64,000 bases of DNA from Tubulanus polymorphus (GCF_964204645.1 NC_134031.1:6138001-6202000), one strand, 5' to 3'. Shown: positions 1 through 11,800, counted from the stretch's first letter. The notes: generated from the sequence alone by a model not told the origin. Translations and numbers: made by a program.

Positions 1-3000
1 GATAGCAAAAGCTTCGCTTCCGGTGCCCCGGCGATTGAGGAAGAAGCGCACTGTAGTCTGGCAGACGGACTACCTCTTCGCGATGAACAACCACAGCCTA
101 GTAGCCCAGTGCGTGAAGAAATTACGACGAAATCCGAGCTAGAAGCTGCTGATGACGAACGTCGCGCCGAAGACGTAAAAAACGAGGACGACGATGACAA
201 CAACGTTTACGAAAAAACGACTTCGGAAAAAATGTGGATCGACTCGATCCACGTGTCGGACATATCGGACGACGACGACGACCGAGACGAATCGGTCGAG
301 GTGCATATATCCGATATATCGCTGGAGTATATATCCACCGTCAATAAGCTATCCGCTAATTTAGTGTCGAATCAGTATATGGCGCCGAAACCGGTCGAAC
401 GGTTCTCGACCGGCGCGTACGCGTTGTCTCCGGTGAAATCGTTTTCGTATGTTCCCTCCGCTTACGTCGCGACGGGCGCCGCCACCGCGAATTTGGCGCT
501 GTCCGATATTTCCGATGAGGATGACCGAAGCTCGCGCGGCAAAACGGACGACGTTCGACGACAACCGCCTAAACTCGAGATACACGTGTCGGATATCTCG
601 TCCGACGAAGACGACGAATTCGCCGACGCCGTCGACGATCGCGCGCCGCCGTTTCTGACGCGATGTCCCCCGCCAACGGCGACGATGACGACGTACGATT
701 TCATGTTGGCATCGCGTCCGACGGCGATGAAAACGATTCTCGATTACTCGTTGAATCCGGTCCGCAACGTCTACCCGATGTCGTCGGAGTTCGCTGATTA
801 TCCGAAACACGATTTCAATTCGGCGCCCTCGCGTACGACGATTGCGGGTAGTTGCGATAAACGCGATGCGACGCAGCCGTCTCGCGACTGGTTCGATCCG
901 GTATCGCGAAACGAAGGAAACGGCGGTCGCCGGTGGAATGCTTTGAACGATGAACTTACGAAAGAAGCATCTACTGGCGATACTAGTACGAAATCGGAGC
1001 CTCCGATGACTCATCGAATTAGCAACACGCCCGTTTCCGAATTATCGTTCAACGCTGCTGCCGATGATGGGGATGACGAAGATGATGATGACGGAGACGA
1101 TGATGTTAATTGCGAAGAAGCTCAACTCAACGGTGATCATGATGAGAAAACCGTTGATCGTTGCGTAATTCCTCAATCCGATCTCGGCAGTGTATCGAAT
1201 GAATGTGCTCTCGCGAAAGATGCCCCGATAGAACGCGATCAAAATCGAAAATATTCCGTGACGACATCTGATTCGGAACAAATTACCACCAGCGAGCAAT
1301 TTCAGCGTGAACTGGATCGTTCTTCATCTGAATCCGACGCGCGTAATGAAAATCATCTACAGCGCGAACGACTCGCGTATTTCAACCTGTGTCGGACGGA
1401 TTCGCCGCGCGCGAAAATCCCGTCGAAACCGAAAAGCGCCGTCGATAAAGCGTTGTTCAACAGTAATCCGTTGTTGCCGTTCGTATCGAAGAACTCAACT
1501 GAGGACGAGTCGAAACGCGAGGATAAGGATAAAGTCGCGCGGCCGCCCGATCCGATCGACGCGCATCAGAATCTTCGCCACTACGAAGGATTGGGCAGCG
1601 TCAATTCGCCCGTTCATCCGTCGTCGTCGTCCGAACGCCCGGAGGACGGCGTACGGTTACCGCCTACCCGTTACATGTACGACGACTACGACATTCGCGT
1701 GTCGTTCATGTGCCTCGTTTGCGACGCCGAATTCTCGAATTCGTGGGATTTGAGCAATCACCAATTGGACGTTCACGAGACCGTCGACTGTCGCCATATA
1801 CAGATGGAGAAAGACTGCTCGACGGACCTGCCGCGTTTCATCGTGCCGAAACCGTCGGTGGACGGCGCGTTGGACGGTTTGGGAAAGTTCGTGCCCGAGA
1901 ATCCGTATTCGGAATGTATAAACTGTACGAAGTGTCGCGAGACGTTCGGAGACATCGGCGAATTGCGCGCGCACATCATGTACTGCGCGACCGGCACGCG
2001 ATCGAAGTCAAACTCGCGCGTGTACTATCGCAAGGGCTACAAACGCGGCCGCAACAAACTCGGTCGCCGCACGCGACAGGGTCCGAAAATGAAACGACAA
2101 ACGCCGGTGAAACCGACGGAGAACGCGAGCGCCGTCGCAGCCGGTCGGCGACGTGGACATTTAGCCGTTTTACGCCTCGGCGATTCGGACGGTGCTAAAC
2201 GCGATTTATCCGAGGTGACCGATGGAACGGGGAAACGTCGGCGTCGTCGTCGCAATCAGAACCCCGATCAGATTCCGTACAATCCGAAACGGCACGTGCG
2301 CCGCCGCGAACTGCGACAGTGCATCGATATGCAGACGTGTTGGGGCTGCGGTAAGAAATTCTCGAATCTACCGCTGCTCGAACGGCACAGCAAAACGTGC
2401 GACCAACGCGACGTGATTCAAAAGCGTAAACTGTCACGTCAAGACGAGAACACGCCGTCGATTTCGACTGTCGCGCAGCAGCAGGCAGAGGAGGTTGAGG
2501 AAACGAAGCCCGACGCGGCGGCGACGACGAAAAAACCCGGCGTACCGTTGCGGTGTCCGTATTGTAGTAAAAACTTCATATATCGCACGCATTTACGAAC
2601 GCATTTACGAGAGATATGTTCCGTGAAACAGAACTTGTTGACGAAAGACCTTCTCACGGCCGATCACGTCGCCACCGAGAATCAATTGTTGAAGAGCGTT
2701 TTCAATAACGAGTACGCCGGCGACGTGCAGACGGTCGAGTTGAGCGCTGAGGACGCCGTCAAACAGGCGGAGAAAATCATGAAACAAGGTCGTCAAAAAC
2801 GTCTGCTATGGATGCGCGGCAATCGACGAAAAGAGACGAATAAACGTAATAAAAGTTGGGCGTCGTTGAAACATTTGAAATCGGCGCGTAAAACGTCGGC
2901 GAAAATCAACAACGCGACGACTACTTCGCTTCTGTCAGCGCCGCCGTCGAAGTTCGGCACCGACGACGTCTACGCGTATCCCGAGTCGACGGACGGCGAA

Positions 3001-4989
3001 GATACAATGCCGAGTTTGGTTCACGCGACGGATACGTCGCCTACGAACTCGCTACAAAAACGCACGCCTCGACGCAAGACTCTCATCGACAACGATCCGT
3101 ATTACATGAAAACGTTCGACCAACGCGACGACAAGGAGAAAGCGGTCGCCGGGGGCAATAAACGCCGTCGCAAACGCACGTTCAAAGCGTTGATGCTCGA
3201 AAACGGAATGTACCCGGAAATCGACGGGCGTAAATGCCGCGCCGTGAACAACAAACGAAAACGCATCGATTCGCTACCTGATCCGGAGAACGTCGAAAGC
3301 GTTCTTGCGCCGGAAAAGGTCCCGGCTCCGGCACCTGCGAAAGCGGCAAAAAAAGACGCTCAAAAGCAACGAGAGCCCGTCGAAGACGATCCGGAGAAAT
3401 ATGTGTACAGTTTACCGGACGAGAACGGCGTGGTTAAAATCTGGAAACGACGCGGGCCGAAACCTAAATGGCTGAAAGCTATGGAGACCAAAAATCCGAA
3501 CGATAAGGTCGTCGAACCTAATGACGATACGATAAAAGCTGCGACCGAGAACGGAGCGGTCATCGAAAGTTCCGAAACGGGCGATATCCTTCAACCATTG
3601 AAGGTAAAGAACAAAAGACGTTCGAAAGCGAAAGCGAAAATAAAAGAGGATAGTGAGAACGCACCCGAATCGATATCGATTACCGGTGCCCCACCGCTGA
3701 AACCGATTTCTCTGAAATTGAAGATGAAACGAAATTCGAAAAGTAAGTGGAGCAGATCGAACCCCGAAGAAGGAACTGTCGATAAGTCGAAAGTTGAGGA
3801 TGTCGAACAAGACAACGGCTGCCGTGCCGATGACGTCGGTATCAATTCGGAATCCGCGGAACCTTCGAATCAACCGAAGAAGAAGTTGAAGTTGAAGATC
3901 ACGAAGAATTCCGACGGGAAAATGTCGGCATCGGTGGACGAGGCTAGTAAATTAGGCGATGCCGAATCGGAAGAGGCGCAAGTCAAGAAAAAACGTAAAC
4001 GGTTCAGTCAAAAGAATTTGGATGGTTTGTACGATTTGATGAAAGAACTGGAGGTGCGAGATATCGAGAAGAGGCAGGAAGAAATCGTATTTCGCAGCGA
4101 TAAAGCGGGACCGAAACCGGTTTGGATGAGGAAATTGATCAGTATCTATACGTCGCGTAAGTCGTCTGGCGATAGCGAACCGAATCCGGCGGACAAAACC
4201 GATCTGGCGAAGTTGATCGAAACGCATTGCGCCGAAAAAGAAGGCCGTCAAAGAGCGGCGAAAAAGCGCAAACCGAAAATGAAAGGCAGTTTGAAAGATA
4301 TCGCCAACGCGGCTCAGTGCGCCGTAACTGACCAGGCTAATCGTTTGAAGGAGCTCGCCGAGGCGGCTAAAGTCGCCGTCACGGAGAAAATACAAATGCA
4401 CCAAAGCGAACCCATTTTACTGGAAGCGGATATCGATCTTAGCGCGCCGTTAGTAATCGACTTTCAAGGTGCCGCGGACGTCGACATAAAAGTACCGCGG
4501 AAAAAACGCGTTCCTAAAAAGTTTCTGGACAACGTCGATGACGCGGTTCCGACCGTTGATTCGTCGTCGGCCGTCTGCAATAACGCGCCCGCGAAAACGC
4601 GTAAAAAACCCGGTCCGAAAACGGGATGTAAGCGAGGAGTTAAGAAAGCGGTCGACGGCGTCGCGAACGCGAACACGGCGGAAAACGCGAACGCCGTCCA
4701 TAATCCTCCCGCGAAAATACGACGCAAACCGGGCCCGAAACCCGGTTACAAACGTAAGAAGAAAACGTTGGAGAACGTTCCGTCGGTAGCCGACGTGATA
4801 CCGTCGGAGAGCGGACAATTCGTCGTCATCAAGGACATCTACGATTTCGACGACGAATCGTGTCTTCGAAGTTCTGTGCCGTCCGTCGGAGTTGTTAGTC
4901 CGTTGAAATTAAAAACGTCGTTGTTAAACCCCTCCGGCGGTATCGGCGCCGACGAATGCGAATTGATTATCAACGAATCGAAATCGTAA
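1..4989 (+). CDS. 3' terminal giant exon of a PRDM2/RIZ-like C2H2/C2HC zinc-finger protein (5'-partial; frame open from base 1)
   Basis: Frame 1 is open from position 1 to TAA at 4987-4989. Fingers FMCLVCDAEF..HQLDVH, INCTKCRETFGDIGELRAHIMYCATG and CPYCSKNFIY..HLREIC occur in the order and style I recall for the C-terminal fingers of vertebrate PRDM2 (FVCSVC..HQRDLH, IRCTKCGKGVDNMPELHKHILACAS, CPYCNREFTY..HAAFSC). Basic NLS-like and KPGPKP stretches are present. No PR/SET domain lies inside the window, so orthology is tentative. Confidence 0.8.
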   Translation, partial: DSKSFASGAPAIEEEAHCSLADGLPLRDEQPQPSSPVREEITTKSELEAADDERRAEDVKNEDDDDNNVYEKTTSEKMWIDSIHVSDISDDDDDRDESVEVHISDISLEYISTVNKLSANLVSNQYMAPKPVERFSTGAYALSPVKSFSYVPSAYVATGAATANLALSDISDEDDRSSRGKTDDVRRQPPKLEIHVSDISSDEDDEFADAVDDRAPPFLTRCPPPTATMTTYDFMLASRPTAMKTILDYSLNPVRNVYPMSSEFADYPKHDFNSAPSRTTIAGSCDKRDATQPSRDWFDPVSRNEGNGGRRWNALNDELTKEASTGDTSTKSEPPMTHRISNTPVSELSFNAAADDGDDEDDDDGDDDVNCEEAQLNGDHDEKTVDRCVIPQSDLGSVSNECALAKDAPIERDQNRKYSVTTSDSEQITTSEQFQRELDRSSSESDARNENHLQRERLAYFNLCRTDSPRAKIPSKPKSAVDKALFNSNPLLPFVSKNSTEDESKREDKDKVARPPDPIDAHQNLRHYEGLGSVNSPVHPSSSSERPEDGVRLPPTRYMYDDYDIRVSFMCLVCDAEFSNSWDLSNHQLDVHETVDCRHIQMEKDCSTDLPRFIVPKPSVDGALDGLGKFVPENPYSECINCTKCRETFGDIGELRAHIMYCATGTRSKSNSRVYYRKGYKRGRNKLGRRTRQGPKMKRQTPVKPTENASAVAAGRRRGHLAVLRLGDSDGAKRDLSEVTDGTGKRRRRRRNQNPDQIPYNPKRHVRRRELRQCIDMQTCWGCGKKFSNLPLLERHSKTCDQRDVIQKRKLSRQDENTPSISTVAQQQAEEVEETKPDAAATTKKPGVPLRCPYCSKNFIYRTHLRTHLREICSVKQNLLTKDLLTADHVATENQLLKSVFNNEYAGDVQTVELSAEDAVKQAEKIMKQGRQKRLLWMRGNRRKETNKRNKSWASLKHLKSARKTSAKINNATTTSLLSAPPSKFGTDDVYAYPESTDGEDTMPSLVHATDTSPTNSLQKRTPRRKTLIDNDPYYMKTFDQRDDKEKAVAGGNKRRRKRTFKALMLENGMYPEIDGRKCRAVNNKRKRIDSLPDPENVESVLAPEKVPAPAPAKAAKKDAQKQREPVEDDPEKYVYSLPDENGVVKIWKRRGPKPKWLKAMETKNPNDKVVEPNDDTIKAATENGAVIESSETGDILQPLKVKNKRRSKAKAKIKEDSENAPESISITGAPPLKPISLKLKMKRNSKSKWSRSNPEEGTVDKSKVEDVEQDNGCRADDVGINSESAEPSNQPKKKLKLKITKNSDGKMSASVDEASKLGDAESEEAQVKKKRKRFSQKNLDGLYDLMKELEVRDIEKRQEEIVFRSDKAGPKPVWMRKLISIYTSRKSSGDSEPNPADKTDLAKLIETHCAEKEGRQRAAKKRKPKMKGSLKDIANAAQCAVTDQANRLKELAEAAKVAVTEKIQMHQSEPILLEADIDLSAPLVIDFQGAADVDIKVPRKKRVPKKFLDNVDDAVPTVDSSSAVCNNAPAKTRKKPGPKTGCKRGVKKAVDGVANANTAENANAVHNPPAKIRRKPGPKPGYKRKKKTLENVPSVADVIPSESGQFVVIKDIYDFDDESCLRSSVPSVGVVSPLKLKTSLLNPSGGIGADECELIINESKS

Positions 4990-5055
4990 CGATACGTTCG
5001 TTATCAGAAAACGGACGATTGATAAAACAATCTTAGATTTTCGCGATTATCTTAA

Positions 5056-5338
5056 CCCTTTCAGTGCGTATACACCGCACTGCGGTGTATGAATCGGTGA
5101 TGGATTTTGCTAGTACACTGCACTGCGGTGTATTGGTGTAATTAGTAATTTTATCTCTATTAATAGATGGCAGCACCTGTCAAACATACTGAAATATTAG
5201 TTACTAGTGATACACCGCGCCGCGGTGTAGAGGTACTATAGTGGTATTCCCGTTATTCAACACACTAGGGCGGAATTTTTCAAAATTTCCAAATTATCTC
5301 CAGCGCTATGGGGTATTGATTAGTCAGCACTGAAAGGG
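5056..5338 (+). mobile_element. piggyBac-like MITE family A, copy 1 (in 3' UTR of the zinc-finger gene)
   Basis: TIR CCCTTTCAGTGC...GCACTGAAAGGG with TTAA/TTAG flanks and three internal TACACCGCA-N-TGCGGTGTA-type palindromes. Confidence 0.85.
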
Positions 5339-7074
5339 TTAGAAGAATTTACCCAATCGTTACACCCCACATGACGAGGTATAATAGGGGGTGTGTGCAG
5401 GAGTCAGCTTGCTTGACTGTCCGTCCATCCGTTTATGTTAGTGATCTCAACCGGAGAACTCCTACACCTCTTATCACATTTTGATAGAATTTCTCTCGCT
5501 GTTATGGAGTAATGCACGACCGCCATTTGTCTTGTGACCTTCCGAATGAGTGTCGTCGTTATGCCGCGCCTATATTGGACGTTGGAAACATATGCGTAAT
5601 GAATTTTTCAATTTTTCTCTGAACTCGGCGAAAGAATTAACGATCTAAAATCGATTCCCGAATTTTTGATCCGACGTTTTTCGACCAGAATACGCTCTAC
5701 ACCTATTCGGGAATAGCTCAAGATGTAAACCGGATAGAAGCGATCCGTTGAGAGTAAGTAATCCGGAATAGCTATTCTGAAACTGGAATATCGGAACCTG
5801 CCTCTCGGACAGCGTCTATAACGTAGCTGCATTATGCATTTGTAAAAACTTTCACACTTGTCTTCAAATCCCTTGGTGAAAAATATTCTGAACACTGTGT
5901 TCATTTTCAAACATTTATCTAGCGTAAAAGTTATCATTGCTGCTTACGGTAACATACATTTCTGTGAGTGAAACTTTTCTATTCGCGTATGAAATATGGC
6001 AATCAATTTATGAGGGCCCATCATTTCGACTTTGTGAAAAGCTTTTGAGATTCATGTTTACCGTGTAAAGCATTTGTACGCAACACACGTCGTCTCAAGA
6101 TTTATGAGTAAAAATGCGCCCACCATATCACTAAAGCTGGCCGATTCGTCCAGTTCGGTTAAAAAAACTATGCGACAGATTTTTATATTCGGCGTAAAAA
6201 CGCCGTTCGTGTAAATAATGTAAAAATGGTTTGATACAGTTCACGATGAATGTTTCTTGATGCAACGGTTTGTAAACTAGTCCGATGTGTTAAAGATTAA
6301 AATATACTTAAATGTACTTCGATGCATTTCTTTCTATTTGATAATACCTTTCCGTTAAGTACATGATTATCTTATATGGAACTCGTTATGATTTTTTGTT
6401 CGATGTCACATTTTTATTTTTTCGGCTACGTACAGACTGAAGATAACGTCTTTTACACGAGCAACAGTGTATTATAGTGTACATGCAGTTAACGTAAAAG
6501 AAACTTTTTTAATGATTTGTTCAAGTTGAATGCATGCGATTGTGAAGTGGTGATATGTTTAGACGATTTCCAGCGGTGCTTTAGAAGATATTCAGGGATA
6601 GAAATTTGTTTGTAATTTGAATTGCCGATGAGAGTGGTTTCGTTGTTTTCGAGTTATGATTTGACTCTGTAAATGTAAATGCATCAAATACCAGTATCCC
6701 ACGTATGAAAATGAACTAATTGAGTTGAATTCAACCAAACTGTAAATTTGTCTCCGATCTACGTAAACTATGTTGATTTAATCCGTGTATTGCTATGTCC
6801 GAGGTCGGCCTCTTGTATCATGCGCGCTGGGTCGATATAGCAATTAAAGTTTAATGAAATCTGAACGGAGAATTGTCTGGATTAAAATTAGCTTTGTTAG
6901 AGCAGGCGGTTTATTGAAGGGAATTGATTTTCTGTCTCATCCTACAAATAAGGGGAGTGTCATTTAGCTTCAAATACTCTGATAAAAAAACTTAAACATT
7001 TCAAATGAAATTCTCTGATTGCTTGACATGTAAAGGTAATTGTTACTGGACTGTTTACATCAATGTATTTTTAT

Positions 7075-7331
7075 AGCCGCAATCACACGGGAGACAATTT
7101 GGCCCGTGCCAATTTGGCACGGGCCAGGTGTCCGAGTCAAATAAGGCCTAAGACTAATGAGAGAGCACTCGATTCTAAACAATGCTCGAACAAAGCGAAG
7201 TCATTTCCGGAACCGGTCAAAATTCGTATGCAATAATTTTACCTGTGCTAAAATTTAGCTTTGGCCCATTTGGCACCCGTGTGAACAGTTGTTCCGGGCT
7301 TAATTTGGCCCGGGCTCATGTGATCGCGGCT
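7075..7331. mobile_element. Harbinger-like MITE; second copy at 17771-18055
   Basis: TIR AGCCGCAATCACACG/CATGTGATCGCGGCT and shared internal ATTTGGCCCGTGCC motifs in both copies. Confidence 0.65.
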
Positions 7332-8243
7332 TATATCTTGACTCGTGAAAATGCACTGCTCATTCTTAATAGATAATTGCAAGGAAATTCAATGGAATTC
7401 GCTTGTACTATTTAGTCAATTGGTCTTAAAACCGATTACTTGTTCACGTATAGATATCACCGAAGTCGATAGTGTTTTTTTCTATAGATATGTTGTAGAA
7501 ATAAGAGTGAAATTACTATTAAGTTTTGTTATGAAAAATATCATATGATTTGTGTGTGAATTATCGGCCTGTAGAGAATCTACTCGGCCATAGTATTATT
7601 CAATTGTATGACATACAATGGAAACTAAAGTTGAAGATATTATATTTAAAATGCATGAAATTATATAACATAAATTGAAATATTCATTTTGTTCGGCTTG
7701 ATTTGTTTGTTGGCGGCCGATTTTTATATCTATTCGACTAGTGGTCAGAACTAATAACCGAATGCTCTTGATTTCCGAACTATTTCCAGAATGTAGTTTA
7801 GACTAACTGACATTCGGTTTCACTTAGTTCGACTATAGTCGACTAACTCAGATAACCAAAGTTGGCCCTGATTGGAGATTTTTTCTTTAAATGCTTTGAA
7901 GTTATTGAGACGAGAGACGAAGGCCGTTTCATTTGTGCTCTTCAGAAAAATTATCTACTTTCTTCTCAATTGCTGCATTTGGGGATTTCTTTCAATTCTT
8001 CCATCAATCTTCGACTCAGAAGAATGCCTATTCTGTCAATCCTCTACTAAGAATATTCTCTGTTGTCTGGAAGAGCACAATCAAAAAGTCGTCCAAGTAA
8101 AGGCTAGATTCTATCTTGAGTAATTCCTAGGTTATAGATAATTCCTTGGATGTTTTTAGAGGCATGTCCAGTAGAATTCTTGGCCTGTCACTGCAGCTAT
8201 GGGTGCTTGACTAATTTGCTACTGTTGGTAAGGTTGGAGTTGA

Positions 8244-8376
8244 CAGGGGCCAGATGTTTATACGTTGGTTAAACATAACCAGTGGATAAATGCCATAGTA
8301 ATAATGAACTTTTGATAGTTACTATGTTAACTATCCACTGGTTAACCCTAACCAACTTTTGAGCTACTGGCCCTTG
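8244..8376. mobile_element. hairpin MITE family B (about 125 bp); further copies at 18746-18878, 28298-28417, 38452-38578, 47263-47381
   Basis: Long imperfect TIR GGGGCCAGTTGCTCAAAAGTTGGTTA...AACCAACTTTTGAGCAACTGGCCC shared by five copies. Confidence 0.8.
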
Positions 8377-8599
8377 ATCTGATATGACAGAAGAATGGCG
8401 AAAGCTAAGGCTGGAAAATGGCAGGATTCAAAGTACAATAGGTTTACAAGACCCAACGGATTAAGAATGAGGACAATCTATCGAAGCATCTTGGCCAAAC
8501 CAGTGTTTGTTTACGGTACGCAAGAAAAAGATTGTAGGATGCATCTACACTTAAAATGAGCAAATTTAAGTAACCCAGCATGTACGAAAAATTCATCAA

Positions 8600-8605
8600 T
8601 TTATT
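8600..8605 (-). terminator. candidate WDR33 polyadenylation signal AATAAA
   Basis: TTTATT on + about 290 nt after the stop codon, with several TGTA motifs upstream on the minus strand. Confidence 0.55.
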
Positions 8606-8893
8606 ACCGATGATCACATGTACAAAGTATCAATTTACAATAATACATCCCACAAATAGGTCACCTGTTCAAGTGCATGCAGCAGATACATATATATACA
8701 ACATTTAACACTGGTAACACGTTGATGTACAGTGTATTACAGTTCATTCACTGATCAGAAAAACCACGCAACGCCCTCTCTCTTTATCACATTCAAAATT
8801 GTTTATATCAACAGATACCAGACGGAAGAATATTATATAACCACTGACTGGTTCTACCGAACGAACGCTAACCCGCCCGAATTTTCAACTTCA

Positions 8894-11800
8894 TCAATGT
8901 CCACCTCTGGAGCCCCGCCATGTGGCTCCTCTACTGCCGCCGCCGCGATTCCAATCACCTCTACCCCTGACCGGGTTCGGTAACAACGAAACCCTGCCGC
9001 CTCGTTCACCCCCGCGCCCTCGGTCGCTTACGCCGCGACCGCCCCGCATACCACCACCGCCGCGGTCCATACCAGCCCCGCGTCCGCCGCGATCTAAACC
9101 GGAACGTAATCGCGGATCGACCGGGCCTCGATACGTATTACCGCCTCTCGTTGCGTCCTGCCCGCGACCTCGGCCTCTGAACCCACCTCGACTCGGCGGA
9201 CTGCTATAACTATTCGGACTGTCGCTCCATTGCGAATGACGAAAGTCGACGTCGCCGCCGGCCACCGGATCGTCCACACCCGGTCCTTCGTCCCACGTTC
9301 GTTTACGAATCAACGAACGCTCGTCGCGATCCGCGCCGCCTCCTCGGTCACCGTTGGCGTCAGGACGCTGGAAATTACTCGTCAACAACGACGGAACGTT
9401 CCGTTGATCCGACGACGACGACGACGATTTCTTGAAACGTAAATCCTCGTCTCTCGACGACGAGCCGCTGACGCGATGGTCGACATCTCGCGACGACGAC
9501 GACGCCGCGAGTCGCGCGTCGTAATCGCCGCGATACGAACCGCGGCGATCGACGTCCGCGCGACGATGATCGTGATCGGCGTTACCGCTGCCGAGCCGAT
9601 GATCGATGTCTTTTACGCGATCGTCTTTGTCGCGAGTTCGAATGTCTACGTCCTGATGATTCGATTCTGTACGCAACTCGTTCAAACCTTTATTAACCGA
9701 GTTGCCCAGCGATGGCGCCATCATTCCTGAAAATTTGAATAATAAACATTTAAAAATAAATATTCGTCCATGAATCGAATCACAGATCAGGGTGGCCACT
9801 TTCTAATGTTACAAATCCCATGACTTTTCCGCGATTTTTGTAAAAATACCCCGAGTGAATTAGAGAAATTTGTATTACTATTTTACATTGAATCATGTAC
9901 TGATAAAGAAACATGTGGTCAATAGCATTATCCAAATTCCCTGAGTTTTCCAAGGTTTTATTTTGACAAAATTTGTAAAATTCCTCGAGTTTTCCCTAAT
10001 TTTTCTAGATTTTTCGGATTCCCTTAGTTTTTCAGGTTTTCCAGCCCAATGGCCACCCTGCAGATGCACAGGAACTGGCCCCAATAACAAAAGTTCGTAG
10101 GCATCGAACACTTCAGTAGCTTAGCTTTACATCAAGCGACATTGTATAAACTAAATATACGAGTACGTCAAAATCGACTGTTTATATTTTTTGTTTTTGT
10201 TTTTTAAACGGCCTGTACTTACCCATCATAGCTGCCGGATGCGGCAACATGCTCGGGTGCGGGGGCATCATTCCCGGCTGCATCAAATTCATCATACCGG
10301 GCATCATACCCGGCATCATCCCCGGTGTTGAAAACATCGACTGCGTTTGTGGCTGCTGTTGTTGTTGTTGCTGCTGCTGCTGCTGTTGTTGTTGTTGAGG
10401 TTGTGGTACCCCGACTACGGCGGGCGGTAACTGCTGCGTTTCATTCGCGTCATCCGTATCTTTATCGGGATTCATGATTTTCTGCTGCATCATTTTTAAA
10501 TGCTGTTGTGCGGCGGCTCTTTGTTGTAACATCAACTGTTGCTGTTCGGCCGGTATCTCGATCTAACAATACGATATCGAAACATAAACGTTAGTTACTG
10601 ACTTGCGAACCTTTTGAATTATTGAACATGATGTACCTCACTATTTAAGAGTTAAATCTGCCCCAACGTTTTAATTGAAGAGACAAATATTAACCTCAAA
10701 ATGTGGAACTAAATCCTACTTTATCTTATTGTGTAAAAATTTTTTAAATTTAGGCTACAAAGAATTGATTCCTTGTTTCTCATTTCTGCTGAGCTTAAAA
10801 GTCTATTTACACTGTACATTCATTTCAATTAGGTTCAAGCCAACCATAACAGACAGAAAGAACTGTCTGTTATGGCAGCTAGAGAAATGAACTGATTACA
10901 AATTTTATTTCAGTTCACAAAATGTCCCTGCTGATTAGGAAAAACAAGGTATGATTTTTTGTTTAGCCTTTTTAAAGACCATTCACTATCATTGAGATAC
11001 TAGTAGTGTTGTAAATGGCTGCTAGATGGCGACGTTGTATTCTTACCTTTTCTTCTTTATCTGGAAAAAGGAAATTAAGGCATCATTATTTTTCATGTAA
11101 AAATAAATGAGAAAATGTATACGACACTCTATCAAAGATGTTAGGGCCAGTTTACAGAATCGTCACAAGTATCATTAGTTTAGAATCAAGTTATATTTCT
11201 GACAGAAATAAACCTTCGGGATGACTTTTAGAATTATCAGGGAAAATAGACAGCTATGTTCACAATTTTGTTCTAAAATAATCTGTGAAACTGCAATTCC
11301 CATAAAAATGTATCTATACGTTCAGAAATTCATCAGGGAAGAACACCCAGTAAATCGCTTCAATCACGCATCTGTAAAAGTTTTTTCAACTGCTTCGTTT
11401 GAAAAGCTGACCCCCCATTCACAATTCATTCTTCCACCACGATTCTACCCGAATTGACATCCCACAGCTGACCCTACCGACTCAAATCGACCCAGAGTGG
11501 TCGCACCAGACATACCGGTACCTTAAGGTTTTCATTCCCCTAAGAATTAGAAATAACCTAGTCTACGAAACCGTAAAACCAGAGCGGCCCAGACTAGGTT
11601 TATTTTATTCTTTACCTTTGGCGTGTAACGGAGCTCCTAATTTATCGTTGCTGCCGCCGTCGCTATCGCTACCATCGTCCGGTTCCATCGCCGGAGTTTG
11701 AATACCGGTTTCCCAATTCTCCTGGAATTTATGCGGCACCGGTTTCGTGACGGGCGGTTTTTTGTAAAACGACGACCGCGAACGAGACTCCTCTTTGATG

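Noticed and set aside
361-4818. Many overlapping and antisense ORFs within the zinc-finger exon (likewise 8922-9730, 49046-50232, 61521-63635)
   Set aside because: Shadow frames of CpG-rich real CDSs with Arg/Ser-rich, non-domain translations.
7905-7950. Hammerhead-like CTGAAGA...GAAAC on the minus strand
   Set aside because: Stem II and stem I cannot form.
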